From: an uncultured delta proteobacterium
GTDB lineage: Bacteria > Desulfobacterota > Desulfobacteria > Desulfobacterales > QNYZ01
Direction of reading: 5' to 3'
Length of the DNA: 64,000 bases
Assembly (NCBI GenBank): GCA_963845145.1
Contig: CAWJQU010000002.1
Location: 320,001 to 384,000 of the forward strand
Positions 1 to 9,661 of the stretch are shown here, piece after piece (position 1 is the first letter of the stretch; each line of letters begins with the position of its first letter). Both the position numbers and the translations under genes were made by a program. Under the pieces are notes generated by a model, which had not been told where the DNA came from, ran no database searches, and worked only from the letters and a program-made list of their open reading frames with translations.

Positions 1-608
1 TCGGTGTGGGTATACAGGATCTGGATGAGGAGCTGGCTGACTATTATAAAGTCGAAAATCGTGAAGGTGCACTGATTACGCAGGTGTTTGAAGGCGATCC
101 GGCTGCCAAGGCCGGAATCCAGGTCAAAGATGTCATCGTGGCCATTGATGGCGTGCCAATCACATCCAGCCGCGACCTCACCCGTATGATCGCCAAAAAA
201 GCGGTTGGGAAAAAAGCCAAAATCACCGTTATTCGCGATGGCAAAGAAAAGACCCTTTCTGTAAAATTGGGCAAACGCGATCAAGAAAAAACAACCGCCA
301 AACGAAATGAGCCCGGCATCGAGCGCGGGTTCGGCTTCCAGGTCGACGATCTGACCCCGGAAATGGCGTCCCGGTTCGGTTACGAAGAAGACGAAAGCGG
401 TGTGGTGGTCGTGGATATGGATGCCGATTCCAGTGCCGCCCAGGCCGGGCTGCAAATGGGCGATATCATAAAGGAAATAAATCGTAAGACCGTCAATAAT
501 GCCGACCAGTTTACGGCTGAAATGAAGGATGCAAAAAAGACGGATACCGTCCAGCTTCTCGTAAAAGGTCGGCGCGGAGGCTATCGCGTCATAAAGATAG
601 AACCTTAG
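1..608 (+). CDS. degP: DegP/HtrA (Do) family serine protease, C-terminal two PDZ domains (5' partial)
   Basis: Two PDZ repeats (GIQDLDEELA...GALITQV..GDPAAKAGI; GFQVDDLTPEMA...SSAAQAGLQMGDII); protease domain lies outside the window. Confidence 0.85.
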   Translation, partial: GVGIQDLDEELADYYKVENREGALITQVFEGDPAAKAGIQVKDVIVAIDGVPITSSRDLTRMIAKKAVGKKAKITVIRDGKEKTLSVKLGKRDQEKTTAKRNEPGIERGFGFQVDDLTPEMASRFGYEEDESGVVVVDMDADSSAAQAGLQMGDIIKEINRKTVNNADQFTAEMKDAKKTDTVQLLVKGRRGGYRVIKIEP

Positions 609-676
609 TAGGCAGCATGACATAGCGGCTTCGATTTACTGAAGCCCGGACCCACCAGGTCAAAAAATATCATGAC

Positions 677-711
677 CCCACCGGCGATATATTTGTATCA
701 TCGCCGGTGGG
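677..711. terminator. Hairpin between convergent genes, probable bidirectional terminator
   Basis: Perfect 12-bp inverted repeat CCCACCGGCGAT (677-688) / ATCGCCGGTGGG (700-711). Confidence 0.6.
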
Positions 712-787
712 TGTATATATTGAGCCGGGCCGAGCCTTTCAACTCATCGAAATCGTCCGTTACATGATACGATTCAGAGAAGGTTTA

Positions 788-3226
788 CTATTGCCAGTCC
801 GGCGTGAGCCGCCCATCGGCATTGCGCCGCAGGGGTAGCCAGGCCAGACCGTAAAGTTCAAGCGTAATATTGGTGCTATTGGGTTTGATGGCGATCTCAT
901 CCAGGGGCTCGGTTTCAGCGTCCATGGCAAAATCGATCTTGTCGATATCTGCCTGGAGCCGATCTTCCAAATCGGCGAGCTGCAGGCGGATCGATTCGGC
1001 CTTTTCCGTGGCCCGGGCAACGTCCATTTTTTCCTTTTGGGCCCGGGCGACCGATCGGACAGCCGTACCCATTCTTGATGCCGACCCCACGCTAACGGCT
1101 TTGCGCCCTAAAAATGCACCTAATATGGCGGTTCCAAAAGAGATCGCCGTCTGCACTTTGCTGGATTGGGCCTGTTCGCTTTCGCGGGCAATGGCCTGCT
1201 CGGCCCGTATGAGGCGATCCCTCAAGGTTGTGAAACGACGATCATAACGTGCACGCAATTTTTCAACAGCGAGATCACGATTTTCCCGGACCACCTGGGA
1301 TAGACGTGCACGAAAATCGCCTTCAGACTCGTTGGGTTGACTCGTCAATTTATGTTTCTTGGAACGAAAAAGGGTAAGCGGCCTATTCTGGCGCACCCAG
1401 CGCAAAAGATCCTTTTGCCATTTACGATAGCTGGCGCCCTTTTGGGCATCACCCGGCAAAGCGCCAAATTCGGCATCAGGTAAGGGGTCAATGGCGATAT
1501 AAGCCGGATCGAACTCAATGGCATCGTCCCAGTCCAGTACAACGGGTCCCTCATCCAGTTCGGCAGCCAGGGCCATGGTCCTCGTGATATCCATACCGTA
1601 TTTTTTACTGTCGTAGTGGACGTCCATTCGCCCAATAACGGCCGGTTGATACACCAGGCCTTTGCCCGCACCCGAAGCCCTCAGAAAAAAGACATCGACT
1701 TCCGGGGCACCGGTAGGCGGCGATGTTCGCACTTTCGACGTATCCGGCAGACGCCCGACTTGGGCAGTATCGGACATGGTGGTATTTGCGGCAATAGTAT
1801 CCGCACCTGAATTATCAATATTTATTTGCTTCAGGGTTTTAAGCTGCTCCCGGGTCATGGGCCCACGCAAATACGACAACACCCAGCGGGTTTGGAAAAT
1901 CACCGGTTCATTTTCATGCACGTTGTGCAGTAAAAAGACCCGTTTTCCCAGTCCGGCTAAAATTTCTTCCATGCGACCGCGGTCAAATCCTTGGCCGGCG
2001 GCAGCCCCTTCCAGGCCAGACAAAACCCGCTCTTTATCCCGCTGGGTTTGCAAGCGTCCGATAAACCAGGTCCCCGTATTGGCAAGCCCCTTGTAATCTA
2101 AGTCTACCGGGTTCTGGGTGGAAAGCACCATACCCAGTCCAAACGCCCGGGCTTGTTTTAATAAAGTCAGCAGTGGCGCTTTAGAAGGCGGATTACTCAC
2201 CGGTGGAAAGTACCCGAAGATTTCGTCCATGTAGACAATCGCCCTCAGACTCGATGTGCCCGGCTGCGTCCGCATCCAGCCAAGCAATTCGTTTAACAGT
2301 ATGGTAACGAAAAACATTCGTTCCGGATCCGACAAATGGCTGATACTGAAAATCGAGGCTTTGGGTTTTCCCTGGGGTGTATGCAGGAGCCGACCAATAT
2401 CAAGGGGGATGCCTTCCAGCCAGGCTTCAAATCCGGGTGCCGCTAATAGATTGTTCAGGCGCATAGCCAGCCCAAAGCGATCTTTATCCGGAAAAAAAGC
2501 ATCCAGCGCCATAACGCCAATCCGGGTAAACGGTGGCGACTGAATGGCTTGGATCAAGCCGGCCAGATCCAGTCCTTCTCCTCTGGTCCAGACTTGCTCG
2601 AAAATATTGGCCAGCAAAATATGCTCTCGGCTGGTAATGGGGTCTGCCTCAATACCCAAAAGGGCCAACAAACCTGTGGCAGTCGTCTGAATCCTTTCCC
2701 GCAGCAAATCGGTATCGTTCAGGACAGCCGCCGGTGGTGGGGCAAAATTTTTCAGGACGCTTACCGATAACCCGGCACTCGAACCTGGCGTATAAACGGC
2801 AAATTCGGCTGCAGCTTTCAAACGGGCGATCCGTTCGCCGGTTTGCCCCCAATCGGCCAGACCCTTTTGCCAGATCTCGGCCTGCTTCGTGGCGAACTGA
2901 TCATCTGTTAATCCCGCGTTGAGGGCATCCTGGGAATTAATCCAGGGCCGGAAGTCATCCGGTGACAGGTCGGGAAAGGTTAAAAGCAGATTGGACAGAT
3001 CGCCCTTTGGATCAATGGCGATCACCGGAACATTATCAATCAAGGCCTCTTCCAGCAACCCGATCCCCAAGCCGGTCTTGCCACTTCCGGTCATGCCGAT
3101 AATGACCGCATGGGTATTCAAGTCTTTAGAATCGTAAAGAATCAGGTCATCTTTAAGGGTTCGAGAATTCAGGTCGTATTCTTTACCGAGATAAAAGGCG
3201 CCAAGTTTTTCATAATCTGTTTTCAT
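788..3226 (-). CDS. HerA/FtsK-like P-loop ATPase (DUF87-type) with C-terminal coiled coil
   Basis: Walker A GMTGSGKT, AIDPKGD, Walker B IVYMDE, QARAFG and STQNPVDLD motifs. Confidence 0.8.
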   Translation of the reverse strand: MKTDYEKLGAFYLGKEYDLNSRTLKDDLILYDSKDLNTHAVIIGMTGSGKTGLGIGLLEEALIDNVPVIAIDPKGDLSNLLLTFPDLSPDDFRPWINSQDALNAGLTDDQFATKQAEIWQKGLADWGQTGERIARLKAAAEFAVYTPGSSAGLSVSVLKNFAPPPAAVLNDTDLLRERIQTTATGLLALLGIEADPITSREHILLANIFEQVWTRGEGLDLAGLIQAIQSPPFTRIGVMALDAFFPDKDRFGLAMRLNNLLAAPGFEAWLEGIPLDIGRLLHTPQGKPKASIFSISHLSDPERMFFVTILLNELLGWMRTQPGTSSLRAIVYMDEIFGYFPPVSNPPSKAPLLTLLKQARAFGLGMVLSTQNPVDLDYKGLANTGTWFIGRLQTQRDKERVLSGLEGAAAGQGFDRGRMEEILAGLGKRVFLLHNVHENEPVIFQTRWVLSYLRGPMTREQLKTLKQINIDNSGADTIAANTTMSDTAQVGRLPDTSKVRTSPPTGAPEVDVFFLRASGAGKGLVYQPAVIGRMDVHYDSKKYGMDITRTMALAAELDEGPVVLDWDDAIEFDPAYIAIDPLPDAEFGALPGDAQKGASYRKWQKDLLRWVRQNRPLTLFRSKKHKLTSQPNESEGDFRARLSQVVRENRDLAVEKLRARYDRRFTTLRDRLIRAEQAIARESEQAQSSKVQTAISFGTAILGAFLGRKAVSVGSASRMGTAVRSVARAQKEKMDVARATEKAESIRLQLADLEDRLQADIDKIDFAMDAETEPLDEIAIKPNSTNITLELYGLAWLPLRRNADGRLTPDWQ

Positions 3227-3526
3227 TTAAATTCCCCTTTAAATACCCGCAACATTCAATAATGGTTCAAAATCATCACAATACTCGAAAGCCACCGGCC
3301 ATTACAAATCGACATGGAATTTTTGTTTTCCTGAATTGAACTCGGAATTGAATCCCAAATTGAATCAGGATAAAATAACCATTTATCCTTATCCGAAAAA
3401 GGACATAAATTTTATTGACATAACCCAGTGAGGGCTGTCAATGCTCATGCGTCAAGGTCACAAGATTGGCAAAGATTGGATTCTGATCGCTCGGGGTAAA
3501 GGCCGATGACGGTGGATATGTGTAAT

Positions 3527-3898
3527 TTAAGCGGCTGGAGGCTGATCTTTTTTGATGTTTTCGTAATAAGCCGTTAAAAACCGACTCAATATTGACTGTT
3601 GGTTTTGATCCATTTCCGCAAAATCGATCCCGTTGTCAAACCGTCCGTTTTTCCTTTTGCGAACATGAACCACACGGCCAAAAATATCCACCAGGTTATC
3701 CTTCAGTCCGATGGTCAGAGCAACTTTTTGCCGGCGGGATAACGGGCGGTATGTGTCTAAACAAATTCCGGTTTTGGACAAGTTAAGCGTACGCCCCATC
3801 CCCTGACGAACGGCATTGTCCGCTTCATCAAAAACGACATAGGAAATAAGGTTAAGCGAATCGACACGCGGTGATTTTCTTTTATCTTTGGATGCCAT
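3527..3898 (-). CDS. PilZ domain protein (c-di-GMP receptor)
   Basis: RKSPR (RxxxR), NLSKTG ([DN]xSxxG) and GIDF motifs; 123 aa. Confidence 0.8.
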   Translation of the reverse strand: MASKDKRKSPRVDSLNLISYVVFDEADNAVRQGMGRTLNLSKTGICLDTYRPLSRRQKVALTIGLKDNLVDIFGRVVHVRKRKNGRFDNGIDFAEMDQNQQSILSRFLTAYYENIKKDQPPAA

Positions 3899-4148
3899 GA
3901 ATAAAAACCCACCTTTTGTGAATGTTTGCGTTAATCATAAAGCACTTACTGATTTTAGTGTCAAGAGCAAAGTAAACCGGATGGTGCGAATAAACGAATC
4001 AGCTGCGAATATAGTCATTTATTGAAAACCCGTCAATTCCCCTTTAAAATAAATGGGTTGTCGGGCTTGACGTATGTAAAAATTATCACTTAGATTTGGT
4101 CGATATAGCATTGATTACATCGTTTCAATATAAAATAGCAGGTAAAAT

Positions 4149-4554
4149 ATCAGAAACAAAACAGTCAAATTTAAATTTCGGGTTGGGTCAACGGCCATCC
4201 TTCTTGTTTTTTTCGTGGTTATCGCCCTGTTAACTAACATACGCTTGTTTAAGAGCGATGGTTACGCGAAGTGTTTATAAAAACACTGAAATTTTCATTA
4301 GTACGGCCGATGCGACGCGAACCTACGTTAAAGATATGCTTCGGCCCAAAATGTTGGAAATATTGCCAAAAGATGAATTTATTCCCCAGGCCATGTCAAC
4401 CTCGTATATCGGCCGGGAAATTATGAATCGTCTGCGCCAAAATTTCCCCGAATTCAAATACAAGCGCGACAGCAGGGCCATATCTATAACGCATTCAAAC
4501 GCAATGACCACATATGTAACCGAATTCACTTCATTCTTGACACGTTTTCACTAA
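4149..4554 (+). pseudogene. Remnant of a DUF3365 (Tll0287-like) sensor-domain membrane protein
   Basis: TM-encoding frame (VGSTAILLVFFVVIALL) without a start codon shifts into ATRTYVKDMLRP...FIPQAMSTSYIGR...PEFKYKR, then diverges and stops early. Confidence 0.55.
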
Positions 4555-4565
4555 TTCGCTATTTT
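4537..4565 (+). promoter_or_regulatory. Putative sigma70 promoter for the diguanylate cyclase gene
   Basis: TTGACA (4537-4542), 17-bp spacer, TATTTT (4560-4565), 55 bp before the ATG at 4621. Confidence 0.5.
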
Positions 4566-4620
4566 CTATTAACCATTTTTTTACGCATTTTTAACCCAAG
4601 TCATTTTCGGGAATAGCTGC

Positions 4621-5961
4621 ATGCTCGCATATCGCCATTCTACCATCGCCAATAAAATCCTGCTGGGTTTTTTACCGCTGATCGTGCTGCTTGGCCTTAT
4701 TCCCATTTATGCCTTAAGTAACATTAATAAATTAACTGAAATGAACCAGCGCATGGTTCAGGAAGATATTTTCATTATAGAATCCATCGATGACCTGTTT
4801 AACGAGTTGGTTTTGCAGGAATCTTTCGGTCAACATTATCTTATCGCCCAAACCGAAGAGATAAAGCAGCATTTCATTCAACATGGCGAGACGTTTAAAA
4901 AGCTCCTGGGCCAGTTGAAAACCAAAATAACCGATCCGGACCTGCTGGCCAAGATCGGTCAAATCACGGCACACCATCAACGGTACCTGGTCATGTACCT
5001 CACCCATTATCAGACGCTTGAAACGTTGTATGCCGATGATGTGGCCATAAGCGCCCGAAGAATATCGGCCCAATTTGATCGACTCAGCCGGTTTATCAAT
5101 GACATAAAACAGGATGCTTACAAACATCAAGAAAACCGGGTCCGCGATATTGCTTCGGTTAGCAGTAGATCTTTTAAAATAATGGCCGGGCTGGCGATTG
5201 CCGGTATCCTGATCGGTATCGGTTCCGCTTTTATAGCTTTTCGGTATATCCTTCGGTCGATTCAACAATTGATACGGGCCACGGAAGAAATTGCCGAAGG
5301 TAATTTTGATTTTGTCCCGGCCATAAAGGGGGAAGGGGAATTAAAAATACTGGCCCAATCATTTTCAGAGATGGGGCAACGGCTAGCCGCTTTAGAAAAA
5401 AGCAACCTTGATAAAAACCCGTTGACCCGTCTCCCGGGTGGCGTTACCATTGAAACCGTTTTAAAAACGAGGCTTGATGAGGAGCAACCCACCGCCTTTT
5501 GCCTGGTTGATATCGATCATTTTAAGGCCTTTAATGATCGCTACGGCTATGCAACGGGCAATAGCGTTATAAAAATGACCGCTGAAACCATTCAACGCGC
5601 CGCCAAGGCGCATGGGGTGGAGAATGACTTTGTGGGTCATATTGGCGGAGACGATTTTGTTTTTATAACCAACCCGATAAAATTTGATCGGATTTGCCAG
5701 GAGATTATTAAAATATTTGACGACCGCATCCACCAGTTCTATAACGCTGAAGATGCTGAAAATGGATTTATTGAAAGCACCTCCCGGCAGGGGGAAAAGA
5801 TGCAATTCCCCATCATGACGATCTCCATTGCGGTGGTCACCAATATGGATAAAAAAGAGTGCAGTCATATTCGGTTTGGAGAAATTGCCGCCGAATTAAA
5901 GAAAAAAGCCAAAACTTTAAACGGCAGTGTTTTTGTCGTCGATCAACGGAAGGACTCATGA
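4621..5961 (+). CDS. Membrane diguanylate cyclase (TM - periplasmic helical sensor - TM - HAMP - GGDEF)
   Basis: Two TM segments, HAMP (IQQLIRATEEIAEGNF...GELKILAQSFSEM), DIDHFKAFNDRYG, GHIGGDDF. Confidence 0.9.
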   Translation: MLAYRHSTIANKILLGFLPLIVLLGLIPIYALSNINKLTEMNQRMVQEDIFIIESIDDLFNELVLQESFGQHYLIAQTEEIKQHFIQHGETFKKLLGQLKTKITDPDLLAKIGQITAHHQRYLVMYLTHYQTLETLYADDVAISARRISAQFDRLSRFINDIKQDAYKHQENRVRDIASVSSRSFKIMAGLAIAGILIGIGSAFIAFRYILRSIQQLIRATEEIAEGNFDFVPAIKGEGELKILAQSFSEMGQRLAALEKSNLDKNPLTRLPGGVTIETVLKTRLDEEQPTAFCLVDIDHFKAFNDRYGYATGNSVIKMTAETIQRAAKAHGVENDFVGHIGGDDFVFITNPIKFDRICQEIIKIFDDRIHQFYNAEDAENGFIESTSRQGEKMQFPIMTISIAVVTNMDKKECSHIRFGEIAAELKKKAKTLNGSVFVVDQRKDS

Positions 5962-6600
5962 GATTACGATTATTATTACTTATCTCGACACTTATAACGA
6001 TGGGTTGTTTGCCTGCGTTGCAGTCAGCACCCTCAAATCGTCTGGTCAACCAAAGTTGGCGGACAACGGACATTCAGCAAGAAATTGTCAAACGCGAAAA
6101 ACGCCCTCCCACGGATCATAAGAATCTTATTTATTCTGGCACTGCTTCACACCCATCCCCAAAACCAACATCCCGATTACCGGTCGGCTAATAAATATCT
6201 GGCTCGGTATCTATCGGTACAGCCAAAAGGTCAATCCGACACTCAGTCGGATTGGCGCGCCCAGCACATCCATCATTTGTTAAACACCATCACCGCCCTT
6301 GAGGAAAAGGTCGGTCGAAGCCAATCACAAACGGAAGTATTAACTTGGGAACAAACCGATTGCCAAAAAAAACAAGCCGCCTGTAGCAAAAAATTAAAAA
6401 ACCTGCGATGGGCCCTTAAAAAATCGGAAAAAAACACAGCCTACGCCCAAGAGCAGCTGAAAGAAGCCCAAGCATTTTTAACGGATACGGAAAACACGAT
6501 CAATCAACTGGAATCTGAGAATATAAAACTGGAAATACAGCTAAAAAAGCTGACCGATCTTTATCTTAATCTGGAAAAAAAACGCCAGGCGATCCAATAA
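5958..6600 (+). pseudogene. Lipoprotein with C-terminal coiled coil (QseG/YfhG-like), split by a frameshift near 6100-6130
   Basis: ATGA overlap with the DGC stop; lipoprotein signal MRLRLLLLISTLITMGC; first frame stops at 6191 while the next frame (LALLHTHPQNQHPDY...QLKKLTDLYLNLEKKR) runs to 6600. Confidence 0.55.
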
Positions 6601-6622
6601 TCCCTATAAATAGGAGGAAGCC

Positions 6623-6919
6623 ATGAGCATCAAAGTTTTAATCACACGAACCGTCCCAAGGGAAAAAGCCCGTGATATGCTACAGTTATTTCGAGAAATG
6701 AGATCATTGGCATCCAGTCAACCGGGATATATCTCCGGTGAGACCTTAAAGAGCAGCGATCAGCCGGATGTATTTTTGGTAATCAGTACCTGGGAATCAT
6801 CCGAATATTGGGAGAAATGGCTCTTAAGCAAAGATCGGCAGGCCATACAGGAAAATGTCGATGCGCTGTTAGGCGGTAAAACCAACTATGAGATTTTTCA
6901 CTATGGCTTTTCGGGGTGA
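6623..6919 (+). CDS. Antibiotic biosynthesis monooxygenase (ABM) family protein
   Basis: QPGYISGETL and VISTWES motifs; AGGAGG RBS; 98 aa. Confidence 0.85.
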   Translation: MSIKVLITRTVPREKARDMLQLFREMRSLASSQPGYISGETLKSSDQPDVFLVISTWESSEYWEKWLLSKDRQAIQENVDALLGGKTNYEIFHYGFSG

Positions 6920-8307
6920 AGGTCTATGGCTGGGTCCAGTCCTCCTAACTCCTCTAACAGCAATCCGTAAGCGTTTTGCGCCAGTTTAAAACTTTTCAAT
7001 CGCCAGAACTCATCCGGTGCGTGAATATTCTCGTCGTCTAATCCAAACCCGAAATTCACCGTATACGCATTCAAGTGACGTTGAAATATGGCACACACAG
7101 GTATTGTGCCCCCCATCCGTACATAAAAGGGCTTTTTACCATACAGCCTTCTATGAACCGATTGCGCGACCTGATTACCGGGATGATCGTGTGGAATGGT
7201 ATAGGGGTCTGCTTTGCTGGGTTCTTGATTGACAGAAATTTTTACACCCCCCGGCGCGTTCTTCTTCACGTGTTTTTTGATCAACCCGGCAATATCATCC
7301 GGGGTTTGATCCGGCACCAGTCGGCAGGTAATTTTGGCATGGGCTTCACTGGGAATCACCGTTTTAGTGCCTTCATCCTGAAACCCACCCCAGATCCCGT
7401 TAAATTCAAGGGTTGGTCGAATCCACACGCGCTCATAAGTACTGTAACCTTTTTCCCCGAATAATTCATCGATACCCAGATCCTGTTTGTATTGATTTTC
7501 ATTAAAAGGAACCGCCTCGATTTGGGTTCGCTCGATCTCACTAAGGGGGTGGACTGAGTCATAGAAACCTTCGACTAAAATACGACCATCCGCTCCGTGC
7601 ATGGTGGCAAGCAACTGAACCATGGCCTGAATAGGGTTTAAAAATCCACCCCCGTAAACTCCGGAATGAACATCACTGCGAGCGCCGACCATATCAAGCT
7701 GAAGGGCGCAAAGCCCTCTCAAACCGGTTAATATGGCGGGTTGGTCTTCCTCCCATTGGCCGCCATCAGCACTGACGACCAGATCGCAAGCCAATTTTTC
7801 CTTGTTTTCAACTATAAATTCCGGAAGCTGCGGGCTGCCGATCTCTTCCTGGCCTTCAAAAAAGAATTTTAGATTTACCGGCAAATCCAGACCACTTTTT
7901 AAAAAAGCTTCAACCGCCAAGATGGGCGCCAGCATATTGCCCTTATCATCAGAAGCCCCGCGTGCGTATATGCGGCCCTCCTTGATGGTCGGCTCAAAGG
8001 GCGGGTAACTCCATAAATTTACCGGGTCCACCGGCTGGATGTCGAAATGGCCATAGACCATAATCGTCGGTTTGTCGCCCGCATGCAACCAGTCGCCATA
8101 TACCACCGGATGCCCGCCCGTGGGAAAGACTTCAACGTTATCGAGCCCGGCCGTTCGAAGTCGCCCAGCCACCCAGTCCGCCGCACGCTGAACATCCGCT
8201 TCGTTTTGCATAAGGCTAGAAATACTGGGTATTGTCAAAAAATCAATCAGCTGGTCTACATAGGTTTCTTGATGTGCCGCAAGATGATCCTGCCAGGTTT
8301 TTGTCAT
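6901..8307 (-). CDS. M20/M25/M40 family dipeptidase
   Basis: YGHFDIQP, ARGASDDKG, EGQEEIGS and NIHAPDE metal-binding motifs. Confidence 0.9.
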   Translation of the reverse strand: MTKTWQDHLAAHQETYVDQLIDFLTIPSISSLMQNEADVQRAADWVAGRLRTAGLDNVEVFPTGGHPVVYGDWLHAGDKPTIMVYGHFDIQPVDPVNLWSYPPFEPTIKEGRIYARGASDDKGNMLAPILAVEAFLKSGLDLPVNLKFFFEGQEEIGSPQLPEFIVENKEKLACDLVVSADGGQWEEDQPAILTGLRGLCALQLDMVGARSDVHSGVYGGGFLNPIQAMVQLLATMHGADGRILVEGFYDSVHPLSEIERTQIEAVPFNENQYKQDLGIDELFGEKGYSTYERVWIRPTLEFNGIWGGFQDEGTKTVIPSEAHAKITCRLVPDQTPDDIAGLIKKHVKKNAPGGVKISVNQEPSKADPYTIPHDHPGNQVAQSVHRRLYGKKPFYVRMGGTIPVCAIFQRHLNAYTVNFGFGLDDENIHAPDEFWRLKSFKLAQNAYGLLLEELGGLDPAIDLHPEKP

Positions 8308-8732
8308 TATTTTTCCCTTTGATTCATTTTTTCCATGGCCGCTCTTTCAGCCTCGAGTTCATCCAGAAGTTGCCGCAATGTCCAGGTTTCAGATGTCGGT
8401 GTGATAGCTGCCCAGAGCGCCGGCTTCATTTTCGTCTGGCGACAGGCACCCATTAGATAATGCAGCTCTTGTTCCGTGATACCCGAAACGATGATGGCTC
8501 GCGGGAGTGTTGAAGAAGTGCCTTTGCCGAAATCTTTAGTCTGGCTCAATAAGCCGGATAACCCCACGTCGATCTGTGCGTCATCAGCCCAAACGATTGG
8601 TAAATCGGCCAAATTGATCATTTTAAGCAGGGTTTCAAACTTTGACTGGGCTTCGGCCGGAAAGCCACAAAGCAAAAGCTTGCGGTGACCATGCATCGGT
8701 TTATCGGTTGCGGATACTTTTTGAAATGTCAT
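8307..8732 (-). CDS. DUF3783-like hypothetical protein
   Basis: Start moved to ATG 8732 (MTFQKV); LWAAITPTSETWTLRQLLDELEAER motif; stop overlaps the peptidase start. Confidence 0.65.
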   Translation of the reverse strand: MTFQKVSATDKPMHGHRKLLLCGFPAEAQSKFETLLKMINLADLPIVWADDAQIDVGLSGLLSQTKDFGKGTSSTLPRAIIVSGITEQELHYLMGACRQTKMKPALWAAITPTSETWTLRQLLDELEAERAAMEKMNQREK

Positions 8733-8778
8733 TTGAGTTCCTTCTAGGTTTTCGTCGCAATTATTTCGGTGTCTCTTT

Positions 8779-9606
8779 TCAAGCGGATAGATTTTGGGTT
8801 GCGTCACCCCACCCATGCCGGATGGCAAGTTTTTCAAACATTTGGGCCAGCCCAACCCCCAACGTAAAAACGGCCTCGATGTCCAGGTTTTGATCAGCGG
8901 TTTCATCAAAAAACACATTAAAGCTCGATGCCATTCCATCCTCGGGCTGCCAATAGCATAGCATGATGGGTACTTGGGGCAACGGGTACAAAACCACGGA
9001 AATATCCGCCTCGAATTGCTCTTCCACCTGCCGGCCATTAAAAATGTGAACGATATCCTCAAAAAATCCGGTGTAACTGTCTGCCAGCCTTTTTATGGCT
9101 GTTTCGCACCGTTTTTTAAAAAGCAGATGCCGCTCCTGTCCGCCACCAAGCTCCCGAAATGACACCCAGTTGCCGGAAATGGGTAAACCTTTACCCAGAA
9201 TATAGGCTAAAAATGGGACCGCGACCCAAGGGTTGACATGAATATCCGTAGATAAATTACCCTGAGCGTCGATACTAAAGTCCTTGCCTAAAATCTTAAG
9301 CGTTAATCGATTTTCCACAAACCGAGCACCAATTCGGTTAGCCGCGACCGCAAGGTCTGTTTCCAACGCTCGATCGATTAGCAGCTGAAGGGCTTTTTCA
9401 CCTTCAGCATCCTTTTTTTTGGATTCTTCATCAATCCCCGATAGTTGGGCCAGTTGGTCCGTTTTCAGTTTGGGGCATTCGCTTAACTTTTTCTGGCCGG
9501 TATACACGGCACCGGCAAAAGCCAAACAGGTTTTTTTTCCACATTCCCGGCAATTGGACTGGTCCAGTAAACGGAAAATTTCCATGGTGTTTTTCGGTGG
9601 ACTCAT
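8779..9606 (-). CDS. DUF3786 domain protein with N-terminal putative Fe-S domain
   Basis: NCRECGKKTCLAFA...CP motif (as in RnfB/AcsC N-termini), then WVSFREL..G and LPQVP; start moved to ATG 9606. Confidence 0.75.
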   Translation of the reverse strand: MSPPKNTMEIFRLLDQSNCRECGKKTCLAFAGAVYTGQKKLSECPKLKTDQLAQLSGIDEESKKKDAEGEKALQLLIDRALETDLAVAANRIGARFVENRLTLKILGKDFSIDAQGNLSTDIHVNPWVAVPFLAYILGKGLPISGNWVSFRELGGGQERHLLFKKRCETAIKRLADSYTGFFEDIVHIFNGRQVEEQFEADISVVLYPLPQVPIMLCYWQPEDGMASSFNVFFDETADQNLDIEAVFTLGVGLAQMFEKLAIRHGWGDATQNLSA

Positions 9607-9661
9607 CAGCGCCTCTTCCTGCAACCTTTCACGATATATTTGTATGATTCGCCTGGCCGAT

